Notes under the pieces: model-generated
The model's database searches: none
What the model was told of the DNA's origin: nothing
Seen by the model: the letters and a program-made list of their open reading frames with translations, nothing else
DNA from: Thermoproteota archaeon
Lineage (GTDB): Archaea > Thermoproteota > EX4484-205 > JAAOZP01
DNA: 64,000 nucleotides
Direction: 5' to 3'
NCBI GenBank assembly: GCA_038861395.1
Contig: JAWCDE010000001.1
Coordinates: forward strand, 9,144-73,143
Translations under genes and position numbers: made by a program
In this document: positions 19,454 through 27,919 of the stretch, piece by piece
Numbering within the stretch: the first letter of the stretch is position 1
How the letters are laid out: each line of letters starts with the position of its first letter

Positions 19454-20050
19454 TCACCATATACCTTTGAGAGCCCATCCTCTCTCATTTCTCAGCTTTC
19501 TTGCCTCTTCAGGCTTAAGGACGATGAAGAGATACATATCCGGGTGGCGGATCTGGTAATACCGATATCCAGTATATTGTATCAACCAGTTTATATGGTT
19601 TAGAGCACGGCCGAAGTTCCAGCGGTCTTTCACACTCCAAAGGAATTCAACCATCCTGCCTTCCCTCTTGTAGACGAAGTAAACTCTACAGAAGCCTGTA
19701 TCAAGCCCCAGCACCCTATCTTCCTCGATCCTACATTCTTCACGTAGGTTAGTTGGTTGGAATGCTCCCCTCGATATGCTAGCCAAACCGTTCAAGAACT
19801 TTAAGCCAACATCAGGGTTAGGAGGATAATCGAACTCCCCACCCCATACTCTTTTCTCGTCGAAAATTGCGACAAACCTATCGATTTCAAAATCGCTCTC
19901 TTTAGACCAATCTTCCTTCTCTATTTGAATAACACTTTTCTCCTTCAATTTCTCGAAAATCTCCTCGGAAGAAAGGTTGGAGTATTCTTCGAAGAACCCT
20001 AGTTTTCTAAGGTATTCTATCGACTCTATGAAGCGCTCCCTCGCACCCAT
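19454..20050 (-). CDS. Uncharacterised protein, paralog 2 (candidate immunity protein)
   Basis: Intact 198-aa ORF homologous to 18272-18862. Confidence 0.75.
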   Translation of the reverse strand: MGARERFIESIEYLRKLGFFEEYSNLSSEEIFEKLKEKSVIQIEKEDWSKESDFEIDRFVAIFDEKRVWGGEFDYPPNPDVGLKFLNGLASISRGAFQPTNLREECRIEEDRVLGLDTGFCRVYFVYKREGRMVEFLWSVKDRWNFGRALNHINWLIQYTGYRYYQIRHPDMYLFIVLKPEEARKLRNERGWALKGIW

Positions 20051-20061
20051 CTATTTTAAGT
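19934..20061. repeat. 128 bp exact direct repeat, copy 2
   Basis: Identical to 18746-18873. Confidence 0.95.
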
Positions 20062-20274
20062 AATGTGTCATAAGGCTTTTAAGCATTCGAAGCGGTTTAG
20101 CTAAAAGTGTTGTGGAGATAAGAAATCCATGCCTCTCTTCTCTAATTGCAGATGTTGATTACCATTTTTTTAGAGAATATTTTGGTGGAGGCTTTACGTC
20201 ATCGAGTCGCTTAAAGAACGGTTCAGACCGGAATGTATGTTAAATGATATAGAGTATTATCTAAAGGATTAAAA

Positions 20275-20499
20275 TTAAAGGAGCTTTATGAACTCTTCGA
20301 CTGTTAAGCCTGCTTGCCTTATGATTGCTCTTAGTGTTCCCTTGGCTATCTCTTTACGCTTTAGCACAGTTAGTCTTCGATGCGGTTTTTCTCTATGCCT
20401 TAGAATTATGTGGCTTCCAGTCTGATGGTCAACCTCGTAGCCGATTTTAGAAAGTGCTTTAACAACATCCATACCGGAGACTACTGGCAGCTTAGACAT
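20275..20499 (-). CDS. hicA: HicA family toxin
   Basis: MSKLPVVSG, QTGSHIIL, GTLRAIIRQAGL. Confidence 0.88.
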   Translation of the reverse strand: MSKLPVVSGMDVVKALSKIGYEVDHQTGSHIILRHREKPHRRLTVLKRKEIAKGTLRAIIRQAGLTVEEFIKLL

Positions 20500-20620
20500 T
20501 AACCTCAACCAGCTCTTCTTCTATGGATGGAGGAATCGGTTCATCATGCTTCTTCAAACTGGCTAAGTAGCCAGCGATAGCATCCTTAATATTTGAGATG
20601 GCTTCCTCTCTCGTCTTACC
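20492..20620 (-). pseudogene. hicB: HicB antitoxin, 5'-truncated remnant
   Basis: GKTREEAISNIKDAIAGYLASLKKHDEPIPPSIEEELVEVNV*; no in-frame start before an upstream stop. Confidence 0.8.
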
Positions 20621-20735
20621 TTTAATTCTCCATTCTTTGTAAAAAATAGAATCGTTTTCACACCGATGATTCTAACATTAGGTTGTTCGTTTTCCTTATC
20701 GTTCAAGTTTTTAATTTTAAATAACTGTTTTGATT

Positions 20736-22166
20736 CTATACCATAGTGCTCTGGCCCACAGTGCTTTTTTCCCTCCGTGAAATGATTCTCACTACCCTCC
20801 CTTTTCTCCTCAACTCTTCGATGTTAGATGCTCCGGCGTAGCCCATTGCTGCCCTTATTCCTCCCGTGAACTCGCTTATTACTGAAGATACGTCTCCGCG
20901 GTAGGGCACCCAGATCTCAGTGCCCTCGGGTATTTCTTTCGCCAGTATTGCATATCTATCCAACGCCATTCTCTTCTGCCTCGCCGACTGGCTTCCCATG
21001 CCCCTGTGCAGCTTGAAGTACTTGCCGTTTATTATAGTCATGGGACTGGGGCTCTCCTTGCAGCCTGCTAACACGTATCCGAGCATGGCGCAGGATGCTC
21101 CTAGGGCTATTGCTAAAGCAACATCCCCCGGGTTCCTGATACCCCCGTCTGCTATCACCGGTATTTTCAAACCGAGCTCTTCAAGGGCGTCTGCAGCCTG
21201 GGCTACTGCGAATAGCGTGGGCGCCCCGGCTTTAGTAATCTCAGTCGTTATGCATACTGAGCCGCTTCCGATTCCTACTCTAAGCCCTGCGACGCTTTCT
21301 ATCTTGGATACTGAGTCTAATACTCCCTGCCTGGTCCCCAGGTTCCCGATTACGACGTCTACGTCAACTTCTTTCACAAGCCTCCGCGTCTCCTCTATCA
21401 CGTTCCTATTGTGGAAGTGCGCAACGTCTATTACTAAGGCATCTGCGTGCTTCGCCAGCATCTTGGCCCTGTCAGTGTCGAACGGTGATACTGCTGCGGC
21501 AACCCTCAGCCTGCCCTCTGGGTCTCTAGTAGCCTCCTTATACTCTCCTCTGAGCGCCACGTCCTTGTAGGTTATTAGTCCGACGAGCCTCTTGTCATCG
21601 TCTACAACCGGCAGCTTCTCAACCCTGTGCTTCTTCATCAGCTCCACAGCCTCCTCGGGAGTGACGCTTGGGCTTGCTACCACGACGTCCTTGGTCATAG
21701 CCTCTTCAACCCTTATCGAGGGGTTTGCGAACCTCACGTCTCTCCCGGTTATTATCCCGATCAGCCTGTTGTCTTCGACAACTGGGAGCCCCGATATCTT
21801 GTGCCTCCTCATTATTTCAGCTGCTTCCCCGACGGTAGCCTCCTTGTTTATCGTTATCACGTCCCTGATTATGAAAGACTCTGCTCTCTTCACTGCCTTA
21901 ACCATCTCCAGCTCCTCCTCTGCGGAACAGTTCCTGTGTACGACGCCTATCCCACCGTGTCTCGCGAGCGCTATAGCCATTTCAGACTCGGTTACGGTGT
22001 CCATCGGCGAGGATACCAGGGGGATGTTTATCGGGATGTTTTTCGAAAACCTTGTTCTCAAGTCTATCTCCCTGGGCTCGGTTTCTGAAAATCCGGGTAG
22101 CAGGATAATGTCTTCAAAATTGAAAGCAGTCTCCGCCTTTTCAAACTTCTCTTGGAACGCCCCCAT
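20736..22166 (-). CDS. guaB: IMP dehydrogenase with CBS pair
   Basis: SSPMDTVTE, GIGSGSVCIT, IADGGI, RGMGS. Confidence 0.95.
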   Translation of the reverse strand: MGAFQEKFEKAETAFNFEDIILLPGFSETEPREIDLRTRFSKNIPINIPLVSSPMDTVTESEMAIALARHGGIGVVHRNCSAEEELEMVKAVKRAESFIIRDVITINKEATVGEAAEIMRRHKISGLPVVEDNRLIGIITGRDVRFANPSIRVEEAMTKDVVVASPSVTPEEAVELMKKHRVEKLPVVDDDKRLVGLITYKDVALRGEYKEATRDPEGRLRVAAAVSPFDTDRAKMLAKHADALVIDVAHFHNRNVIEETRRLVKEVDVDVVIGNLGTRQGVLDSVSKIESVAGLRVGIGSGSVCITTEITKAGAPTLFAVAQAADALEELGLKIPVIADGGIRNPGDVALAIALGASCAMLGYVLAGCKESPSPMTIINGKYFKLHRGMGSQSARQKRMALDRYAILAKEIPEGTEIWVPYRGDVSSVISEFTGGIRAAMGYAGASNIEELRRKGRVVRIISRREKSTVGQSTMV

Positions 22167-22251
22167 ATTCAAATATCTCCGGGGTTCTGATTATAAGTCT
22201 TTCACCAAGAGTGTTAATGGCTCGAGAAAACCGGCGGGGTTGCCCTAGGGT

Positions 22252-22830
22252 TTAACGCGAGGCTTCAGCGTGTCTCTCAAGCTCTTTCTTCCTGGAGACC
22301 GCGTAGCTGGAGTCATCGTTGTTAGCTGCGTTTATTATTTCTTCGGCAAGCGCCTCCGCTATCGTCTTCCTGTTTTTAAAGCTCTTCATCTTAGCCCCGT
22401 CCACGATGTTTCTTATCGCAAGGTCTACTCTCCTACCAGGCGAGATGTCTACAGACTGGTAGTAGACTATGCCGCCGTAGCTTACCCTTGTAGTGTCTTC
22501 CCTCGGGGCGGAGTTTACGATTGCTTCGACGAGAATCTCTATGGGGTTCCTGCCTGTTTGAAGGCTTATTATTTCGAAAGTATCCTTAACTATGTTTATC
22601 GCCTTAGCCTTCCTTCCCCCTGCTCTGGCTGTCTGAGCAATCCTGTTCGTCAAGCGTTCAACAATGTTCACATTATACTTCCAGAATTTCCTTTTCTCAT
22701 GCCTCCCACCTGAATGGGGGATTCGAACGGGTTTAAGGCTTACCACTTGGGCTAGCCCAGGGTCCCTTACTTCGATTCCTTCGAAACTCCACTTGTCGAA
22801 TAGTTTACACTCTATGCTCGGCTTAGCCAA
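22252..22830 (-). CDS. rps7: 30S ribosomal protein S7
   Basis: PHSGGRH, PREDTTR, VDISPGRRVD. Confidence 0.97.
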   Translation of the reverse strand: MAKPSIECKLFDKWSFEGIEVRDPGLAQVVSLKPVRIPHSGGRHEKRKFWKYNVNIVERLTNRIAQTARAGGRKAKAINIVKDTFEIISLQTGRNPIEILVEAIVNSAPREDTTRVSYGGIVYYQSVDISPGRRVDLAIRNIVDGAKMKSFKNRKTIAEALAEEIINAANNDDSSYAVSRKKELERHAEASR

Positions 22831-22868
22831 GCTGGGCAGTGCATGCGTTGCTGAGCCTATAAAAGTTT

Positions 22869-23297
22869 TTACCTCGTGGGCTTCTGCTTCTTACCCTTCA
22901 GGAGCGCGTCTAGGGATACGCCGTTGACGCTTATAACTTTGTACCTTACCCCTGGAATATCCCCCATCGACCTTCCGAGCGTGCCCCCTATGCCTGCGAT
23001 AATAACCTCATCCCTTTCGTTTATGAAGTTTAGAGCCCCATCCTTGGGCACGAATGCAGTAACCTCTTTCCCGTTTTTTATCAACTGGACTCTGACACAT
23101 TTTCTCACAGCACTGTTGGGTTGCTTACTTGCTATCCCAACTTTTTCCAAAACTATGCCCCTTGCCATGGGAGCCCCCTCTAACGGGTCGTAAAGCTCCT
23201 TAAGCCTCAGAACCCTCTTAGTATAGTATCTGGAGCTCCACCTGAACTTCTTACGAACGAGTACCAGCTTCCTGGCTGCGAATTCTCCTCTTCCCAA
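22869..23297 (-). CDS. rps12: 30S ribosomal protein S12
   Basis: [25 protein letters not shown]. Confidence 0.98.
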   Translation of the reverse strand: MGRGEFAARKLVLVRKKFRWSSRYYTKRVLRLKELYDPLEGAPMARGIVLEKVGIASKQPNSAVRKCVRVQLIKNGKEVTAFVPKDGALNFINERDEVIIAGIGGTLGRSMGDIPGVRYKVISVNGVSLDALLKGKKQKPTR

Positions 23298-23340
23298 TCT
23301 CGAGGGGATTGTTTTAAAAGCACCTTATTAAGCTTCTTGC

Positions 23341-23790
23341 CTAGCGTATTTTAACGTCGATTACTCCAAAATATCTTTTTGCGAATTCCCTTATGCCCTG
23401 TATTCTGAAGCCGTTCTTACCTATTGCCCTGCCCTTATCCATTTCGTTGACTGTCACATAGACTACTCTCCCACCCTTAACCCCGTTTTCAATCTGTATG
23501 TTGAGCACCCTAGCAGGATAGAGGGCTTGCCTAAGAAAGGTTTCAAGGTCTTCGTGGAAACCTATCACATGCACCTCCCTACCTATTCTTTTAGAGAAGT
23601 GTTGGAGTAAAATCTTACAGCTGTTTCTAATCCTTTCAAAATCCTCCGACTTAAGCAGGAAGAAGACCGTTTTATCATTATTGGTTATTAAACAATCAAC
23701 TACTCTAGCTCCAGTAGCATTCTCGAAGAAGCCGATGTAGCTCAGCTCCTGGTTTGACCAGCTTACTTTCACATCACTCTTACTCGACAT
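23341..23790 (-). CDS. nusA: Archaeal NusA
   Basis: KH motif KGRAIGKNG; operon position. Confidence 0.88.
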   Translation of the reverse strand: MSSKSDVKVSWSNQELSYIGFFENATGARVVDCLITNNDKTVFFLLKSEDFERIRNSCKILLQHFSKRIGREVHVIGFHEDLETFLRQALYPARVLNIQIENGVKGGRVVYVTVNEMDKGRAIGKNGFRIQGIREFAKRYFGVIDVKIR

Positions 23791-23792
23791 GT

Positions 23793-24104
23793 TCACTTAT
23801 GGTCCCCCAGTATCCTTGATTCTCCCTGATCTACTATTCCTACAACCGCAACCGGGTATTTTAAGCTTAACGCCTTTCCTAATGCTACGCGAGACCCCTC
23901 ATAGACTATAGACGGAGTCTTGGAAAGATCCAGAGCGTTTTTAAGCATCCCAAGATACGGCTCCGGCAGTTTCGAGACATATATTACTCCCTCCAGCTTA
24001 CCCCGTAGCACAAGCCTATAGACCTCATTGAAACCAGTTACGAAACTACCTGTCTTAGCAAGGAGCTCAAGCTTGCTGCTTAGAGATGCTTTCTCCTCCG
24101 ACAT
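23793..24104 (-). CDS. rpl30e: 50S ribosomal protein L30e
   Basis: KTGSFVTG, YEGSRVALG, DQGESRIL; operon position. Confidence 0.88.
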   Translation of the reverse strand: MSEEKASLSSKLELLAKTGSFVTGFNEVYRLVLRGKLEGVIYVSKLPEPYLGMLKNALDLSKTPSIVYEGSRVALGKALSLKYPVAVVGIVDQGESRILGDHK

Positions 24105-27100
24105 TTTCAGAATCACTCCTGCTCTTCGTAAAGCCTTCTATATCAACATATACCTTGACCATGCCTGTTCCAGCGTAGATCTCAGAGCCTGCGAGCACTC
24201 TTTCAGTCATGCCGAGAAGCTTATCCTCCATGCCTGCTACAGCCCCTTCAACTAGGACTTGAACCGCTCTTTCGAAAGCTGCTTTAGCCAGGACGCTCTG
24301 CTTGCTCCCGCTTACTCCGTGTCTACCTATCTGTTTAACAGCCCCGTCTTGAGTCATTGCGCTAGCGACAAGCGAGAGGTGTCTCCAGTCAACGTCCAAG
24401 CCCTGTTCGTTAAGCGTCTTCCACATTTCGTTTATTAAAGCAGCCCTGGCTGCTTCTATGCCGAGCACCTCCGCTATCTCATGAATGTCATTGCTCACCG
24501 TCCTTGTGTAATCCACCTCCGGAATATTAAAGACCTCTGCGAGATTGCTTCCCTCCGTTATTATGCAGTACTCCTTGTTCTCCTCCTTCAATAAGACTCC
24601 TTTTACTCCGGTTATTCCGCTTACTGGAGTCTTCCTTATCTTAGCTTCAAACTTCTCAGCATCGTTCTTAATCGGTATTTCAATAGTGCCATCGCTCTTA
24701 ACGTTAAACTTTATGTTGAGCGTCTTGAAGACCTTCTGCACGTCTTCTTCAGAAAGCCCTCTTTCAGCCATCCATTCTTTAACCGGATATATGACGAGAT
24801 AGTCGTATGCCGTGGTTGATTTCAAACTTATTCTAGCCACGTCCTCAATCGTCGTGTAAACCATTTTCTTAGCGACTCTGAGTGCTCTGCTATAATCCTC
24901 GTTATACGGTTTCTTCAGGTAGACTGTCATCATCGGCGTCTTCGGCGTCTTCCTAGCGTCGAGCAGTTCGATAAGCCTCGGCAGTCCCAGGGTCACGTTC
25001 GCCTCCCTTACGCCAGCGTAGTGAAAGGTTCTCAGAGTCATCTGGGTGCCGGGTTCTCCTATGGATTGTGCTGCAACGATCCCAACGCTTTCACCAGCCT
25101 CTACAAGCGCCCGCTTATACTCCTCAACCACCCTTTCCACAACCTTCCTAGCGGCTGAAGCCGGGAGACGCTTAGAGATTATTGCATGGAAAGTCTCCTT
25201 CTTGACGTTGAGCGGAAGTATTCTGCCATGTTCTTCGATCATCTTCTTAATGGTCTGTCTGCTTGCTGGACCACCCTTCTTCGGTAGGGACAGTAAGTAT
25301 TCTTCAACTATTTTGAAAGCATCGACAGATTTTCCATGGTCGCTCTTAGACGGGTCTACGCCGTCTTCGCCGTATATTATGTCAATTATGTTCCCATAGG
25401 AGTCTCTCACAGTCCCGTCGTACTCTACTCTAAGGGATTCCAGTGCATGTATTAGTCTGCGCTGCAAGTATCCGCTCTGCTGGGTTCTAACCGCGGTGTC
25501 CACAAGGGATTCTCGTCCGCTCATGGAGTGATAGAAGAGCTCTATGGGTGAAAGACCCCTGTAATAATTAGCCTTTATGAATCCTCTTGCGAGAGGACCT
25601 AGGTCTCCTCTGTGGAAATGCGGAAGAGGTCTCTCAAAATACCCTTTGAATATTCTCTTACCCCTTAGAGCCTGTTGCCCCAAGCAGCCTGATATCTGCC
25701 CAACATTAAGGTCTGAACCCCTGGCGCCAGTCTTAGTCATCACGACCATACTGTTATCCAGTCCCAAGGCGGAGGAGACGAGGGTTCCAACCCTGCTCCT
25801 AACGTTTGAGAGAGCATCCATTATGTAGGCCTCTAGGCTCTCCTCCTCGCTCATCCCAGGGATCCTCTTTATCTTTCCCTTCTTCCACTCTTCAAGCAGC
25901 TTCTCCACCTCGGCATCGGCCTGGTCCACTTCTTTACTAACTTTTTCCTGAACACTCTTAGGCAGTTCCACATCCCTATAGCTGAAGCTGAAGCCTCTTA
26001 GAAGAAGGAATTCCCTAACCATTTTCTCGAATGCTGAAATGAATCTGTGGCCTTCCTCAGCTCCATACTTTTTTATTATCCTGTGCAGAATAGTATCCGC
26101 TTTCTCAGCTCCTATGGAGGCTTTGTCGATAACTCCGGATACTATTTTACCGTTCTTTATGACTATCTCCGCCTCCTCTTTGCTCGCAGTATCTCCCACG
26201 CTAGTCTTATTCACATAGTTAAAATCCTTCCTAAGCAGAAGGCTGATTGCCTGTCGGCCCGACCACAAAGGTTCCGGCGTCTTGACCTCAGGCTCAGGAA
26301 GCTCACCCTCGTAGCCTGCAGCATACACTATTCTCGCAAACTCCTCTTTAGTAAGATAGGTGTCTTTCCGAGTTAGGAGGTAGGCTCCTGTTATGAAGTC
26401 TCTTATCGCACCCATAATGGGTGCGCCATACCTCGGAGTAAGGTAGTGATTCTTAACTCCCAGGAGCATGCTTGTCTCGACAGAGGCCTCGAGGCTCTGC
26501 GGCACATGGAGGTTCATCTCATCACCGTCGAAGTCAGCGTTGTAAGGCGGGCAGACGCTTGGGTTCAGTCTAAAAGTCTTCCCCGGGAGTACTCTCACTC
26601 TGTGTCCGAGCATTGAGAGACGATGGAGCGAAGGCTGCCTGTTGAAAATCACGAAATCCCCGTCTAGCAAGTGTCTTTCAACAACGAAACCTATGTCGAG
26701 TGCTTCAGCGAGGGAATCCCTGTTCTCAACAAATTGGAGCTTATGCTTAGCGCCACTCGGCCTAATTATGTACTCTGAACCAGGGTGTGTAAACGGCCCG
26801 TTTCTGACGAGCTGCATTAACCAGTCCCTATTCCAGTAGGTGACTCTCTCAGGTACTGTGAGTATTTTAGCAACCTCCACTGGGACACCGACTTCATCAA
26901 TATCGAGATAGGGGTCGGGAGATATTACCGTCCTAGCGGAGAAGTCAACTCTTTTCCCTGAGAGGTTTTTCCTGAAACGCCCCTCCTTTCCCTTCAGCCT
27001 TTGCGCTAGCGTCTTCAGCGTCTTGCGCGTCCTGTGCTGTGCCGGGAGTACTCCCACGGCTTCGTTGTCGAAATAAGTCGTCACGTGATACTGTAGAAGG

Positions 27101-27915
27101 TCCTCATGGTCCTGTATTATCAAGGGAGATGCCCCAGACTCTATGTACTCCCTTATTCTACGCGCTGTCCTTATTATGTCGACAAGCTTGTGCGTCAAAT
27201 CGTCTTCAGACCTCTCGCCGGTTTCAAGTATTATGGAGGGTCTAACCTGGATGGGTGGAACCGGCAGGACTTCTATGACGTACCACGCTGGATGAGCAGC
27301 CTCAGGATCTATGTTTAGAAGCCTAAGGTCGTCGTTGGGGATTGAGTTTAAACGCTCCCTTATTATCCGGGAGTTCAGAAGCCTAAGGGCTCCATCTGGG
27401 TCTCTCTCGTAGAACTTCGTAGGCCTCTCAAGCTTTATCTGGTATTTCTCAGCCCCGCAATGCGGGCACCTATTAGCCCTCCTAACCTCGTCCTTTATCT
27501 GGTCGAAAATCTGCTCGGGCACGATGCCGTATAACTCCTCGTACTCCTTCATTTTCTCCCTGTAATAGTTTATCCTATCGTTTGGCAGCAATATTCTACC
27601 GCATTGTCTGCAAGTTGATTGTAGAACGCGTTCAATTTCCCGTGCGAACGAAACATGTATTACTGGGACGGGTAACTCTATGTGCCCGAAGTGTCCTGGA
27701 CATTTGTCGGGTAAGTTGCCGCAGGTCTTGCACCTTTGCCTCGGCTCTATGGTTCCTAAGCGCGTATCCATTATCCCGCCTGGGACAGAGAGACCATCTT
27801 GGTCATAAGTCTCGTCTGTTGTTATTTCCATCACAGAGAGTCTCCTGATCTCTGCCGGGGATAATACTCCAAACTTTATCGAATCCAGTTGCTTTATCTC
27901 AACTTCCTGGCTCAT
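24067..27915 (-). CDS. rpoA: RNA polymerase largest subunit, fused A'+A''
   Basis: CPGHFGH, YNADFDGDEM and AQSIGEPGTQMTLRTFH in one 1282-aa ORF. Confidence 0.98.
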   Translation of the reverse strand: MSQEVEIKQLDSIKFGVLSPAEIRRLSVMEITTDETYDQDGLSVPGGIMDTRLGTIEPRQRCKTCGNLPDKCPGHFGHIELPVPVIHVSFAREIERVLQSTCRQCGRILLPNDRINYYREKMKEYEELYGIVPEQIFDQIKDEVRRANRCPHCGAEKYQIKLERPTKFYERDPDGALRLLNSRIIRERLNSIPNDDLRLLNIDPEAAHPAWYVIEVLPVPPIQVRPSIILETGERSEDDLTHKLVDIIRTARRIREYIESGASPLIIQDHEDLLQYHVTTYFDNEAVGVLPAQHRTRKTLKTLAQRLKGKEGRFRKNLSGKRVDFSARTVISPDPYLDIDEVGVPVEVAKILTVPERVTYWNRDWLMQLVRNGPFTHPGSEYIIRPSGAKHKLQFVENRDSLAEALDIGFVVERHLLDGDFVIFNRQPSLHRLSMLGHRVRVLPGKTFRLNPSVCPPYNADFDGDEMNLHVPQSLEASVETSMLLGVKNHYLTPRYGAPIMGAIRDFITGAYLLTRKDTYLTKEEFARIVYAAGYEGELPEPEVKTPEPLWSGRQAISLLLRKDFNYVNKTSVGDTASKEEAEIVIKNGKIVSGVIDKASIGAEKADTILHRIIKKYGAEEGHRFISAFEKMVREFLLLRGFSFSYRDVELPKSVQEKVSKEVDQADAEVEKLLEEWKKGKIKRIPGMSEEESLEAYIMDALSNVRSRVGTLVSSALGLDNSMVVMTKTGARGSDLNVGQISGCLGQQALRGKRIFKGYFERPLPHFHRGDLGPLARGFIKANYYRGLSPIELFYHSMSGRESLVDTAVRTQQSGYLQRRLIHALESLRVEYDGTVRDSYGNIIDIIYGEDGVDPSKSDHGKSVDAFKIVEEYLLSLPKKGGPASRQTIKKMIEEHGRILPLNVKKETFHAIISKRLPASAARKVVERVVEEYKRALVEAGESVGIVAAQSIGEPGTQMTLRTFHYAGVREANVTLGLPRLIELLDARKTPKTPMMTVYLKKPYNEDYSRALRVAKKMVYTTIEDVARISLKSTTAYDYLVIYPVKEWMAERGLSEEDVQKVFKTLNIKFNVKSDGTIEIPIKNDAEKFEAKIRKTPVSGITGVKGVLLKEENKEYCIITEGSNLAEVFNIPEVDYTRTVSNDIHEIAEVLGIEAARAALINEMWKTLNEQGLDVDWRHLSLVASAMTQDGAVKQIGRHGVSGSKQSVLAKAAFERAVQVLVEGAVAGMEDKLLGMTERVLAGSEIYAGTGMVKVYVDIEGFTKSRSDSENVGGESISKQQA

Positions 27916-27919
27916 TCTC

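Noticed and set aside
18166..20086. CRISPR array or diversity-generating retroelement
   Set aside because: Only two copies of long repeats, no spacer periodicity, no adenine-specific mismatch pattern, no cas or reverse transcriptase gene in the window
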